This document shows positions 1-13,121 of a stretch of 64,000 nt of DNA, in pieces; the first letter of the stretch is position 1, and every line of letters begins with the position of its first letter. Both the position numbers and the translations under genes were made by a program. The notes below the pieces were generated by a model, which saw only the letters and a list, made by a program, of their open reading frames with translations, did no database searches and was not told where the DNA came from. The stretch is from Octopus vulgaris (lineage: Eukaryota), in the NCBI GenBank assembly GCA_951406725.2, contig OX597815.1, positions 9,610,001-9,674,000 on the forward strand, written 5' to 3'.

Positions 1-62
1 ATGATCTATAGAGTTTATTGAAGCTAACCATAGAACATGTGAAAGGGATTCAGAGATGTGGG

Positions 63-410
63 CATGATCATCATCATTGTTTAATGACTGTTTTCCGTGC
101 TAGCACAGGTTGGACGGTTCGACTGGAGTCTGGGAAGCCAGGAGGCTGCACCAGGCTCTAGTCTGATCTGGCAGAGTTTCTACAGCTGGATGCCTTTCCT
201 AATGCCAACCACTCTGTGAGTGTAGTAGGTGCTTTTTACGTCACCGGCTCAGGTGCCAGGCAAGGCTGGCAATGGGCCATGATTGGTTGGTGCTTTTTAT
301 GTGCCACTGGCACAGAAGCCAGTCAAGGCAGCACTGGCATCGGCCACATTCTGATGGTACTTTTTACATGCCACCGGCACAGGAATCACAACTACAATTT
401 CCATTGATTT
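63..410 (-). mobile_element. RTE-type LINE 3' end fragment with (GAT)n tail
   Basis: (CAT)n followed by gttggacggttcgac...ctacagctggatgcc...gccaaccactc, matching the 3' UTR of the RTE copy at 15450-16578. Confidence 0.8.
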
Positions 411-1049
411 AGAATTTTGGGTCTTTCAATAACTTTGTTTTTTCTGTAGACATTGACCAGTAGATAGTCAGACAGGGTAACAAATGCAAAAATCTCATCA
501 GTTCAGTGGGTGAAAGGCTGTAAAAGTCATGAATGTTGTCCTTCTTCTCTTGATCAAGTTAATGTGTGCAAGTCATGGGGTGGATATTCACATACCTTTG
601 TATGTTATTACATACTTATGTATATTACACCCATGAATATTAGCATACCATGGTACACACCCATATTTGATATTATGTACTCACTTATGTTAATATATAT
701 ACATACATATTATTGCACATGTATGTTATTATATACCCACATCCATGAAGCCAACAAAGGAGCACTACATGGTAATTTTACGTACAGGAAACAATAGCTA
801 AATCTCCCTAGATTTAGTATTTTAGTATTTTAACCAGCCATATCAGGCCCAAATATTCTACTTATTTTTTTAATGTTTAAACTGGCTGGATCTGGCCTCT
901 CCTACTTCCCTTACAATGTCATTCTAAAAATAAACCATCACATCATTGAACTCTCAAAGCTATGAGGTAATGCAGGATTAATTCAAAGCAATGTGAGTAA
1001 ATAAGTATTACACATGACAATAATCTGAATGCTAAAGGCATAAATCACA

Positions 1050-1565
1050 TACCGTAAATCCTTGAGTATAGTCCACCCTTGAGTATAATACGCAGGAGAT
1101 TTATAGTGGGCTGTACCTCTGAAAACCTAAACCTTGTGTATAACACGCACCACTTCTCTAACTTGAGTCGTGTGTAATTAAGCCAGCAGCAACCTAGTCA
1201 AACAAACAATTCCGCACATGCGTAATACAGTAATGGTGATGTTCTTAACTGTTATATGGGAATGTAAATATGTTTGCAAATTGTTTTTGTTACATATTAT
1301 TCTGTGTTCTGAATACTTTTATTTTAATAAATGTTGCTTACTGCAAGTTATGGATGATTCTTTTATGACTTCATTGCTTTCAGGCTTAGCTTAAGGTATT
1401 TTCGCGCCTGACATCACAAAATGCGTCTGAATAAACATTGCCAGACAGCAAATAGAGACTCAGACATAACTTAGAAAATATTTTTCATTTTTAACCTTGT
1501 ACTAAGGATTTTGGCGTTTAAATTTTGGGAAAAAAAGTGCGGATTTTACTCGAGGATTTATGGTA
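1050..1565. mobile_element. Tc1/mariner-superfamily (pogo/Tc2-like) MITE
   Basis: Terminal inverted repeats TA-ccgtaaatccttgagta / tactcgaggatttatgg-TA with TA flanks and no ORF. Confidence 0.7.
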
Positions 1566-2296
1566 CTATTATCTTGAAAAACAGCATTGAAAATGTGGCT
1601 CTGGATTCTCTGTATTTAGGATAGACTGCTCAATCAAGTTTTACCTGAGGCTAAATAAGAACATTGCACACCTAATAATATTATTAACCACTCATGTACG
1701 TTGTAACACACTGCCATGTATGTTGTTATATTACTATACACTCCCATTCACACCATTATACTATCATCTGTGTTATTACACTACTGTATGTTATTACATA
1801 TCCATAAATGTTATTACACACTTGTGTATGTTATTGCATATCCATGTTTATTATTACATACTCAACTTTTATTAAACTTCCATATATGTCATTATACACA
1901 CATGTATGTAGATATACTCTCAGCTATTTCATTACATATTCGCGAATATTATAACACATTCATGCATATTACTGCATACTCAAGAATATTATTACACATT
2001 TGCAAATGTTATTACACATCCCCATATGTCATTACAAACCCATATAGGTTATTACACACCCAGATATGTTATTATGCACTTGTGTATGTTATTACTCATT
2101 TATGTATGTTATCAAGATTGGAGCCTGGTGTGGCCACCTGGTTCGCCAGCGCTCAGTCAAAATCGTCCAACCCATGCTAGCATGAAAAGCAGACGTTAAA
2201 CGATGATGATAATGATGATGATTACACGCATATATACCCATATATGCTATAACTCACCCATACATATCTAGATATGCTATCACACACACACATATC

Positions 2297-2700
2297 TCTC
2301 TTTTACTCTTTTACTTGTTTCAGTCATTTGACTGCGCCATGCTGGAGCACCACCTTTAGTCGACCCCGGGACTTATTCTTTGTAAGCCTAGTACTTATTC
2401 TATCGGTCTCTTTTGCCGAACCGCTAAGTGGCGGGGACGTAAACACACCAGCATCGGTTGTCAAGCAATGTTGGGGGGACAAACACAGACACACAAACAT
2501 ATACACACACATTTATATATATATATATACATATATATGACAGGCTTCTTTCAGTTTCCGTCTACCAAATCCACTCACAAGGCATTGGTTGGCCCGGGGC
2601 TATAGTAGAAGATACTTGCCCAAGATGCCATGCAGTGGGACTGAACCCGGAACCATGTGGTTGGTTAGCAAGCTACTTACCACACAGCCACTCCTGCGCC
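2297..2700 (-). mobile_element. tRNA/CORE-like SINE with internal (TA)n(TG)n tract (family A)
   Basis: Head ggcgcaggagtggctgtgtggtaag, B-box-like gggttcagtccc, cttgggcaagt core, and gtaaaaga tail. Multi-copy in the window. Confidence 0.85.
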
Positions 2701-3310
2701 TATATATATCATTACATGCACATACATATTATGACACACTCATATATGCTATTACACACTTGTGTATTATTACACACTCACATGTGCAATTATGTCTCAA
2801 TACAGTCTCCAAGAAGACAGACTGAAGAAGATGGTTGCCACAGTGTCTAAGGAATGAGATGCAGCTGAGAGTGATGTGAAGGAGAGAGAGAAGCGAAAGA
2901 AGTGGTTTACGTCAGAATAAACATGATTTTTGAAGGAAAATCAACTGACATTTCCAAATATGGTTTATGTCAATGATATCTGACAGCTGTGACATGGCAG
3001 TTAAATTCCTAACGTAAAATTACAATTTTGGCAAATGTTATGCCACTCTGAACAAATAGGGAAATTATTTCCGTCTAGCTCTTCTCTGTAGAAGATATTC
3101 AATTGTTTAAAATTTCTTAACATTTATTTCCTTCTGTGAGCCAATGAGCAGCCAAATCTCCATCAAATCACATCATGGCATCTTAAAACAGGAAATACAA
3201 ATATAGAATTGTGCAGTCTTAGATACACTGCATCTGAAATACAAAGCAGGGTTGGTCATGGCTTGCGCCTGGGTTATGTCTGTCTATTAAATTGCATAAT
3301 ATAAAACTAT

Positions 3311-3611
3311 GGAGGCGCAATGGCCCAGTGGTTAGGGCAGCGGACTCGCGGTCGTAGGATCGCGGTTTCGATTCCCAGACCGGGCGTTGTGAGTGTTTAT
3401 TGAACGAAAACACCTAAAAGCTCCACGAGGCTCTGGCAGGGGATGGTGGTGATCCTTGCTATACTCTTCCACCACTCTTTCTCTCACTCTTTCTCCTGTT
3501 GGCCTGCTCGCTTAGCCAGAGGGGTGGTGTCATTCGAAGGCTAAAACAATGCGAACGCATTGTGACCAGCGATGTGTAACAAAATCTGATGGTCTGGTCG
3601 GTCACGTGATC
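3311..3611 (+). mobile_element. tRNA-derived SINE (family C) with TSD
   Basis: A-box tggcccagtgg and B-box ggtttcgattccc; direct repeat aatataaaactatg at 3298-3311 and 3612-3625. Confidence 0.88.
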
Positions 3612-4204
3612 AATATAAAACTATGATGTAGTGTATATGGTGATAGTGATGTGATTTTAGCTACACCATGGTTTCATGCATGTTTCTGAATTGATTCTAC
3701 CGATCTTCAGTCAGTGTGAAGTTGCTTCACATTCGATGAGAAACGTTAATATTAATTCAGTTAGCTAAATGATGCCATGGTTTGGATTTTATTCTATAGC
3801 TACCTATGCACAGCCACATGCCAAACACACACACACACACACAAAACTAGATACTAAATTACCTTTTATCTACTGTCCAACTATTGCTACTATTTCTGCC
3901 ATGTACCACACCACATCATTTGTATTTCTTTTTTCTTTTTTCTTTTTTTTTCAATGGAATAATCAAATGGAATGATATCTCCAAAACATAGTCAAACCTG
4001 ATTAAAAACAAAGACGATCAAATAAATGCATTTTGTATCTTTTTTCTATCACAAATTAAACATTACAGAAAATTTCATTTACGTAAATAAAATATTTCCA
4101 AATTTAATTTTTCTTTTTCATAGTTTTCTACTTGTATGATTTGTAGTGGTTTTTTTTAAAGATCTGAATAAAACCAACACAATATCCCAGAAAAAAGATT
4201 CATC

Positions 4205-4725
4205 ACTGTTTATGTCTCCTTGGCATATTTGGATAATTCTATTAGTGTTTTTACAACTAGTTTTCTCAGATTTTTATTGAAACAGATGCATCAAATTTTT
4301 TCCTGCCACAAAACTGAACCAAAATGGTCATTCTGTTGCTTTCTTCTTGAAGTCACTTGAGTTCAGAAAGAAGTTTTAGCTATTAACGAAGTGCTTACAA
4401 ACATGGAAACAATATCTGTCTAGAAGATAATCCCCTTTAATCACAGATCAGCAAGCTGCCTCTCACATGTTTTATGTAACTGAAATAGGAAAATAATGAA
4501 TGTCAAAATCATGAGATTGGTGTACATAACTCATTTACGTTTATGATGTCCAGGATCACCCAAAACGAATGGATTTTTTGTTGTGGATTGTCTCAGGCTC
4601 TTCATGCTTTACCCTTCATATGCAAAACAGATTTCTCTCTGTCTATTCTGACAATCCTTCTATCACAAAGAAGTCAACTCTACAGGATCTTCATGATGTA
4701 CTCTATCATTCAAGCATCTCAAATC
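4205..4725 (+). mobile_element. Highly decayed Ty3/gypsy pol remnant
   Basis: Frame-broken motifs in pol order: AYLDNSI (RT YxDD-like), IETDASN and GHSVAF (RNase H), LITDQQA, and LQDLHDVLYHSSI (integrase zinc-finger-like). Confidence 0.6.
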
Positions 4726-4734
4726 TAAGTCATC

Positions 4735-5158
4735 TTGTTTACTCTTTTACTCTTTTACTTGTTTCAGTCATTTGACTGCGGCCATGCTGGAGCACCGCTT
4801 TGAGTCGAGCAAATCGACCCCGGGACTTATTCTTTTGTAAGCCCAGTACTTATTCTATCGGTTTCTTTTTTGCCGAACCGCTAAGTGATGGGGACGTAAA
4901 CTCACCAGCATCGGTTGTCAAACAATGCTAGGGGGACAAACACAGACACACAAACACATACACACACACATACATATATATATACATATATATATGACAG
5001 GCTTCTTTCAGTTTCTGTCTACCAAATCCACTCACAAGGCATTGGTCGGCCCAGGGCTATAGCAGAAGACACTTGCCCAAGATGCCACGCAGTGGGATTG
5101 AACCCAGAACCATGTGGTTGGTTAGCAAGCTACTTACCACACAGCCACTCCCACGCCT
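4735..5158 (-). mobile_element. SINE family A
   Basis: Full-length match to 2297-2700. Confidence 0.85.
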
Positions 5159-5357
5159 AACATCTGTAAAATAAGCTTCTTCAACAATAGGGTTGAATTT
5201 GATAAACACTTTCCCTGGTTTTCAAAGTCAACAAGGGGTTGTTTGACCACTGATTGAACAATGATGGCAACTGACAAAAGCGTTCATATAGCTTTCGCTA
5301 TTAGTGGTAGCACCCAACAAGGTATGAATTGGGTAGAGGCTATTTAATATGCTTATT

Positions 5358-5635
5358 TTGCCAGCCTCGCCTGGCCTCCGTGCCGGTGGCACATAAAAAG
5401 CACCATCCGATCGTGGCCGTTTGCCAGCCTCGTCTGGCACCTGTGCCGGTGGCACGTAAAAAGCACTCACTACACTCATGGAGTGGTTGGCGTTAGGAAG
5501 GGCATCCAGCCGTAGAAACATTGCCAGATCAGACTGGGCCTGGTGCAGCCTTCTGGCTTCCCAGACCCCAGTTGAACCGTCCAACTCATGCCAGCATGGA
5601 AAACGGATGCTAAACGATGATGATGATGATGATGA
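5358..5635 (+). mobile_element. RTE-type LINE 3' end fragment
   Basis: Same 3' UTR, ending in aaac(gat)n. Confidence 0.82.
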
Positions 5636-5904
5636 TTTTCCAACTCTTGGTGAGGAAGTTCCTGAATTTCAGAAGAGTAATTGCTTTTTTTATATAATAC
5701 CCTTGTATCACTATTTTTTGCCTTTGGATTGCTGAATGTTGTTTGACTTGTAACAACTCCTCAATTATGCAACAAGTTCTTTATAACGAGCTACTCTTGA
5801 CTACATGAATGATGGCTTAAGTCTATCCCTTAAATTGTTGAAATATCTGTAGATAATACATTTTTTTTGTAAATGGTTCTTGTCCATGAAACATTATAAA
5901 GTAT

Positions 5905-6134
5905 TTAACCCTTTTGTTACCATATTTCTGTTGAGATGCTCTGTGTTTCTTTCAATTTATTTCAAATATAACAAAGAATTTAGTAAAATAACTTAGTTAT
6001 CATTCAGCTAGCGTTAGGGACATTAATTGTGACTTCGGTTTGGTGGAAGTTTTTAGTTCAAAACTTATGAAAACAAGACATTTGTTCTACAGAGCCAGAG
6101 CCGGTTTCAGCCAGGTTGGTAATGAAAGGGTTAA
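5905..6134. mobile_element. piggyBac-type MITE
   Basis: TTAA-CCCTTT...AAAGGG-TTAA ends; same family as 53480-54202. Confidence 0.8.
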
Positions 6135-6829
6135 TCAACTGACATTTGAAAATTGGAGACTCCTCCTTATGTGCTCATTTTAACATTATGACTGAGAATA
6201 AAGTCAAAATCCCCTGAATTTTAGGGGTTTGTATCATTTTTGAATGAACTGCATATAAATTGTTATCAAAGTCATGATAACTTTCTTGACGTATAAGTAT
6301 GTTGTGTAATTTGTCTGGAACATTATAATCTTTGGTATAATGGTTATGTAACAACTTTGTATTCAATATCTATTATGGTGTTGGCAATTTGATACATCAG
6401 TCTTTATTGCTTTATTGTTATTTCAGCTGCAAATTAGATAAGAAGACATTTAATAAAACATCCATACCTACTCTCTCTCTCTCTCTCTCTCTCATTCTCT
6501 CTCTCTCACAAACACACACACACACACACACAAGCACAGACACAAAAACACAAATATATATATATTATGTGTGTGAATGTATTTATACACACACATGCCA
6601 CAGACACATATACACATGCATATATGCGTGCATGCATATATATATTTATATATATATATCTTATAGGACAATCTACGAATGACGAATGGCAACAGATCAA
6701 ATCTATTGCTGGAGCCAAGCCTCTAACAGATCAAAGGTGATATGGTCATGGAACGGTGAGATTGATAAGGCGATAAAAGAGAAGAGATGGATTTAGAAAG
6801 AATGGAAAAGTTGGGGTAGCAAAGAAGGG

Positions 6830-7512
6830 GTGCCAAGAAGGCTGAGGGTATCTTGGCATCACTCACCAAGTCCTTTGTGAGCCACTCTCCGGCTATCTAT
6901 CTGCGGCTTTATATAGCTATGGTACGACCTCACCTGGAATTTGCATCACCAGTCTGGAACCCCTATCTTGCCCAGGATATTAATTGTCTGGAAACCGTTC
7001 AGCGATGTGCAGCCAAGAGAATACTCTCCATCAAGCATTTGCCATATTCTGACCCTGGGTATGGATACATTGAAACTCCGATGTTTGGCAGCTGCCTTGG
7101 CAGACACCCATAAAATTATTAACCATCTTACAATCAATAACTCTGAGCACCTTTTCAAACTCCGCCTGTCTAACACCTGTGGACATCTTTACAAAGTCAG
7201 AAAACAGCACAGCTCGTTCCAAGACTTTTGGAAACATTTTTTCATGCTAAGAGTTGCTGAAGCATGGAACAAACTGCCGGCATCAATTGTTAGTTGTCGG
7301 AGCACTGCATCCTTCAAAACTTCCATGCTTCCTGAGATTTGCCAACACTACACCTGATTTTCTCCCCTCCATACACACGCAAGCATGTATCTGACTCATA
7401 CACTGTTCACTTCCCAGACATTTGTACATTACTGCATATGCTTTATACGCACTTTTGACAAGTTGTGGTGCACCTGAGCACTGTATACAATAATTTCATT
7501 ATTATTATTATA
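6830..7512 (+). mobile_element. CR1/L2-group LINE 3' fragment
   Basis: LYIAMVRPHLEFASPVWNPY...LETVQR and FFMLRVAEAWNKLP with frameshifts; (TTA)n tail. Confidence 0.88.
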
Positions 7513-7514
7513 AG

Positions 7515-7800
7515 AACCATATCAGACAGCTAAAAGGAAAGACAGGCATCAGGAAGCAAGGCTTCAGATTTGTCTAGCTAGGACAGAAGAAGAAAGGAAG
7601 AAGTTTGTTACAGTGTGACTATCAGAGACTTAAGGTGTTCCAGATTGCTAGACTGTGAGAATCAAGATAATGTAGGAGAGAACTGTGTATGGATGGATGG
7701 ATAATGGTATGCTTGCACTTAGTGGTTCTGAGAAGAAAGAGGCAGAGAAGAGTTACTATGAAAGGCTATTGAACATGGAGAATGAATGGGATAAAGGGAG
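7515..7800 (+). mobile_element. Decayed RTE ORF fragment
   Basis: EKKEAEKSYYERLLNMENEWD resembles the RTE endonuclease-RT linker. Confidence 0.5.
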
Positions 7801-7984
7801 TCAAAACAATTTGATTCAAATTCATTGGTACTCTGAGAGTTTCCTTTTCCTTTTTAAAGCTTTCTGGTGCATGTGTTTGATGACACTTTCTGTTTTCTCC
7901 ATAAGTCATGTTCCTTGGAACTATTTGGATATTCCTCAGCAAGCACAGTAGCGGTTGTCTTTCCATTGCAAATTATTGGTCAGA

Positions 7985-8432
7985 CGTTTGCAGATGGTGA
8001 TCCGTATATATTCGCCATGATAGATCGTTAGCCACTACACACATTTTTTTTCTCTCCTTGGTTCTTTCTGTGTCCCTTTCTGTAGAAGAGCGTAGGCTCA
8101 AAACATAAAAGACTTTTTGAATTCCTGAGCATTATACTAATACATCTGTTTGTTTTCTACACCACCTGTCTTCATCTTTTGTTTTTTTCATGAATTCTCC
8201 CCATATATATATATATATATTCAAAATGTGATCGCGTGTGTATCGTTGGCGATTTCTTTTCTTCCATCTTCCCTTCCTAGGATCTTCCCTTTTCCTATGT
8301 TTCTGATGAAGAGCTCCACTCGAAACATTAAATCCTCCTTCTTTCCTTCTTTCCTGCACGTCCAATAACACTATACTAGTTGCACGTCCTCACGTTGTTG
8401 TGTTTTCTCTTTGTATTTTCATGTTTGGATTA

Positions 8433-8437
<5 letters not shown>
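7985..8437 (+). mobile_element. Penelope-like pLTR fragments in (TA)n
   Basis: gaagagcgtaggctc(g)aaac and ctgatgaagagctccactcgaaac motifs. The first part recurs at 12885-13075 and the second recurs inverted at 9053-9197. Confidence 0.55.
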
Positions 8438-8477
<40 letters not shown>

Positions 8478-8965
8478 CATCATCATCATCATCCTTTAAT
8501 GTTTTTTTTCCATCCTGGCATGGATTGGAATGGTTTGACTAGAGATGGTAAGGCACCAGGGGCTGCATGAGGTTCCATTGTCCATTTTGGCATGATTTCT
8601 ACAGTTGGATGTCCTTTCAAATGCCAACCCACTCCATTGAGTGTAGTGGGTGCTCTTAACATGGCACCAGTATGAGTGCTTTTCCTATGGCCCCAGCACT
8701 GACATCAATTCTGCTGTGGCAGACAGGTCTTCTTGCGCACAGCAATGCCTCAGATATCTCAGTCCTTAGTCACCTCCTTCACGAAGCTCATTGTCTTGAG
8801 ATCAGCCTTCAATTCTTCATTCCATGTCTTCGTAGCTCTCCCTCTTCCACAAGTTCCATCCACTTTAAATGACCAACACTTTTTTTTATACAACTGTCTA
8901 CATCCATATGCAGCACTGATACACACATATATCTATGTATATATATATATATATATATATAAATA

Positions 8966-9049
<84 letters not shown>

Positions 9050-9052
9050 GAA

Positions 9053-9196
9053 TTAGTTAATCCAAACATGAAAACACAACAACATGAGGACATGGAACAA
9101 GTATAGTGTTATTGGACGCTCAGGAAAGAAGGAAAGAAGGAGTGTTTAACATTTCGAGCGGAGCTCTTCGTCAGAAACATAGGAAAAAGAAAGATC

Positions 9197-9197
<1 letters not shown>
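9053..9197 (-). mobile_element. Penelope-like pLTR fragment, inverted relative to 8280-8437
   Basis: Reverse complement reads ctgacgaagagctccgctcgaaatgtt. Confidence 0.55.
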
Positions 9198-9265
<68 letters not shown>

Positions 9266-9414
9266 GTATGTGTATGTAAAGGCAGCAAGCTGGCAGAATT
9301 GTTAGCATGCTAGGTGAAATGCTTAGTGGTATTTTACCCGTCACTACATTCTGAGTTCAAATTCCACCAAGGTTGACTTTGATTTTCATCCTTTCAGAGT
9401 TGATTAAATAAGTT

Positions 9415-9663
9415 CCTTCCTTCTCGAGCCATGCCAGGCTCATAAGGGCCGGTTTCCTGGTTTCAGTTGTGTAGAAATTCCCCACCTGGACAGGATGCCA
9501 GTCTGTCGCAGCGTTACTCATTTTTGCCAGCTGAGTGGACTGGATCAACGTGAAAATGAAGTGTTTTGCTCAAGAACACAACGCAACACCCGGTCCAGGT
9601 ATTGAAACCACAATCTCACAATCATATGCCCAACACCTTAACCACTAAGCCATGCACCCCCAC
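9415..9663 (-). mobile_element. tRNA-derived SINE nested in an older family B SINE
   Basis: Head ...tggcttagtggttaag, ttcttgagcaaaacac core and ccactcagctggcaaaaatgagta. The host SINE resumes at gattaaataagt (TSD-like). Confidence 0.65.
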
Positions 9664-9962
9664 GATTAAATAAGTATCAGTTATGCATTGGAGTCAATCT
9701 AATTGACTGGCCCTCCTCCCCCCAAATTTCAGGCTTTGTGCCTATAGTAGAAAGGATATATATATATATATATATTTAAACGGAGGTGCATCAGCATGGT
9801 CGCAGCTCTGAGCTGAAACTAAAGAGAAAAAAAAATGTATATATATATATATACACGTTAGCCATTTAAGAGTCCATAAGTCAGGCAAAGATTCACTTGT
9901 ATATCTGTCAATAGAGTGGGTATATTATCTGCAACATACAGTATTATATTCCCTTCTATATC

Positions 9963-10053
9963 AGCTAACTCTGATGAGCGTAAGGTTATATAATCAGATT
10001 GTTACCTAACACTCCATTGTATTCCTTGTGCGAAACCAATTGGTAAGATCAGC
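9963..10053 (+). ncRNA. Type I hammerhead ribozyme motif (Penelope-associated)
   Basis: CTGATGA (9971-9977), stem II gcgtaagg/ccttgtgc, GAAA, palindromic ccaattgg, then TA. Stem I is imperfect. Confidence 0.6.
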
Positions 10054-10089
10054 CATGATGGATATATAATACTGTATATTTCAGATTTG

Positions 10090-10135
<46 letters not shown>

Positions 10136-10307
10136 GTAGCTAGATAGCCTACCTAGTCTTAGATACATCAGAAGGTAAATATATTTATGAATATTTAGAT
10201 TCTCAGAAAAAGAAGATATTAGATAAGAGGAGAGCAAAGTATATGGTGGACAGTTTGCTTCAATACACAAATGTGTATCAATGTTGTATGTGTGCTGTGT
10301 GAAAGCA

Positions 10308-10368
<61 letters not shown>

Positions 10369-10399
10369 AAAGAGAGAGAGAAAAAAGAGAGAAAGAGAA

Positions 10400-10438
<39 letters not shown>

Positions 10439-10498
10439 AAGAGAGAGAGAGAAAAAGAGAGAGAAAGAGAGAGAGAGAGAAAAAGAGAGAGAGAGAAG
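10308..10498. repeat. (GA)n/(GAAA) purine tract
   Basis: Seen directly. Confidence 0.95.
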
Positions 10499-11074
10499 GA
10501 AGGATGGAGACAAACAGACTTTTTCTGTTATTTGTTTTTGGCTTGTTTCTTCTTATTTATATTGTTTAGTTTTTCTGTTCCATTTTATGAAGATCAGAAT
10601 TGTATACATAATGCAAGAATAGACTTTTAAATTATTTATCAAGTCATCAACTTCCCATCAGAAACTATTAATGGATGAGGTAGAGATAAGGTAACTGATA
10701 AATATATATCCAACAAATACAGTGAAAACATCCGGCCTAGCCTTGATCGATTATTCATGAGAAATTATAATGACAATTTGAAACAAAGAAAAGTGATCGC
10801 GTTTAATCTCTAGCTCTGTGTTACAAACTAGGTTTCTAGTTGCCATTTTGTTTGACCGTATAAAAGAGTTGTATTTTTTTATAGCTTCACTCTTCACGTA
10901 TGACTAAACGGTGTCGTGGATCACAGGTTAAGCTACTGGACTGAAGAATTATGATTCGCAAAGGAGACCAAGCGACAATGGTCTTCCTTTTTGGGAGCTA
11001 AATGAGAAAAAACATAATAATTATAAAAGGTGAAATGATGGCATTTTCATGCCAAAAAAGGGAAATATGGTAAA

Positions 11075-11231
11075 CGTGGCTGTGTGGTAAGTAGCTTGCT
11101 AACCAACCACATGGTCCTGGGTTCAGTCCCACTGCGTGGCATCTTGGGCAAGTGTCTTCTGCTATAGCCCCGGGCCGACCAATGCCTTGTGAGTGGATTT
11201 GGTAGACAGAAACTGAAAGAAGCCCGTCGTA

Positions 11232-11303
<72 letters not shown>

Positions 11304-11540
11304 TGTGTGTGTGTATATGTTTGTGTGTCTCTGTTTGTCCCCCTAGCATTGCTTGACAACCGATGCTGGTGTGTTTACGTCCCCCGTCACTTAGCGGTTC
11401 AGTAAAAGAGACCGATAGAATAAGTACTGGGCTTACAAAGAATAAGTCCCGGGGTCGATTTGCTCGACTAAAGGCGGTGCTCCAGCATGGCCGCAGTTAA
11501 ATGACTGAAACAAGTAAAAGAGTAAATGAGTAAAAGAGTG
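11075..11540 (+). mobile_element. SINE family A
   Basis: Match to family A with a long internal (TA)n. Confidence 0.85.
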
Positions 11541-11988
11541 TGTGTGTCTCTGTGTGTAAAATTTGCAGCAAAAAAAATTTGTCTGTTTAGATGTGATGGG
11601 TTGATCTATATTTTTATATCTTTTATCTTTTATTTGCTTCAATTACTGGACTGCAGCCATGCTGGAGCATCACCTTGAATGCTTCAGTTGAATAAAACAA
11701 CCTCAGTACTTATTTTTATATTCTCTCATTCTCTTTTGCTAAACCTCTAAATCAACAACAAATTAGCACCAGTCATCAGATAGTGGAGCAGAGACAAGCA
11801 CAAACATAAAGATACACATATACATCATCATCATCATCATCATTGTTTAACGTCCGCTTTCCATGCTAGCATAGGTTGCACGGTTTGATTGAGATCTGGC
11901 GAACCAGATGGCTGTACCAGACTCCAATCTGATCTGGCAGTGTTTCTACAGCTGGATGCCCTTCCTAATGCCAACCACTCTGAGAGTG

Positions 11989-13070
11989 TAGAAAAAAAAA
12001 CTCCCAGCTGAAATAAATTATTAAAGTCTAACCATGGTATTGAGTTCTCTTTCTGCTATTATCAGCAACAAAGGGTTTGCGTGTGTGTGTTCAATCTGTC
12101 AAGTATAAGTTTGTCATTGTCATCATCATCATCATCATCATCACCATCATCAGCAGCAGCAGCAGCAACAGCAGCATTTTTGTCCAGCTTCCCAAGCCAT
12201 CACGTTGACAGGTCTGCAAGATATTATGTATTCATTCACTTCAATCCTTCAGCAGAAATCTATCATTTTTCAGTTCTGACCTGAATATTGAATTCCGTGT
12301 CCTTCTCCAGCAGCCCCAACCATATAATTACATACATTATATACATAGTGGCTGCTTTCTTGTATATGAGGAAAGCCATTGCTAGAACAAAAATCATTGA
12401 AACGTGTCATTGATAATGCAATGTAAGGCCTTTGTATGGCTCTTGAGTCCCGCCAAAGTGTTGCACATTTTATTGCATAATGCAGAGTCGTGCTGGCTGG
12501 CAGAAGGAATCGGTGCCACAGTATGAAGTCTTTTGACACGTCTTTTTAATCCTCCAACTGAATGGCTCACCTTTCCACAGGTTGCACATGTTCTCTTCTG
12601 AAAAATAGCTGTACAATAATTTACAAGGGGTCAATTTTTGTGGCTCCTTTGATAGCTGACCAGGCCTGCAGCACTTGAGCATTTCCTCTTACAAATCAAT
12701 ACTCCTTCATTTTCTATTGGTTCATTCTTTCTAAGCTTTCCCCTGATCTTCTCATGCTTTATTCTCTTCTCTTTCAAACTTTAGGCAACCAATGTGTACT
12801 CTTTTCCTCCATCCATTTTGGTGTTGTGCTTCTCTCTCCTAATATATAGGACCCTTCTGTGTGACCCTTCTGTCTGGCAGTCACCATGATAGATTGGTAG
12901 CCACTACACACACACTTTTTTCTCTCCTTGTTTTTTTCTGTGTCCTTTTCTGTAGAAGAGCGTAGGCTCGAAATGTAAAAGACTTTTTCTATTCCTGAGC
13001 GTTATACTAATACATCTGTTTGTTTTGTACACCACCTGTTTTCGTCTTTTGTCTTTTTCCATGAACTTTC

Positions 13071-13121
<51 letters not shown>

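Larger units (their letters stand above)
5160..6440 (-). mobile_element. Second decayed gypsy pol remnant, interrupted by an RTE tail and a MITE
   Basis: Minus-strand fragments IKTDVSN, KLHNIL, SQTTFSNPK, IHTLLGATTN and PGKVFIKFNPIVEE resemble gypsy RNase H/integrase motifs in order. Confidence 0.5.

Noticed and set aside
1716-2110. 154-aa ORF rich in Y/H/L
   Set aside because: Degenerate ~22-bp repeat (tgttattacac) with no protein signature.
3311-3385. tRNA gene
   Set aside because: The A/B boxes belong to a SINE head with a body and TSD; there is no complete cloverleaf.
11485-11525. Hammerhead-like stem followed by GAAACAAGTA at the SINE A tail
   Set aside because: No upstream CUGANGA core; more likely a LINE-recognition stem-loop.
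12270-12800. Minus-strand Cys-containing ORFs as host exons
   Set aside because: No convincing splice pairs or known motif; more likely a decayed LINE C-terminus.
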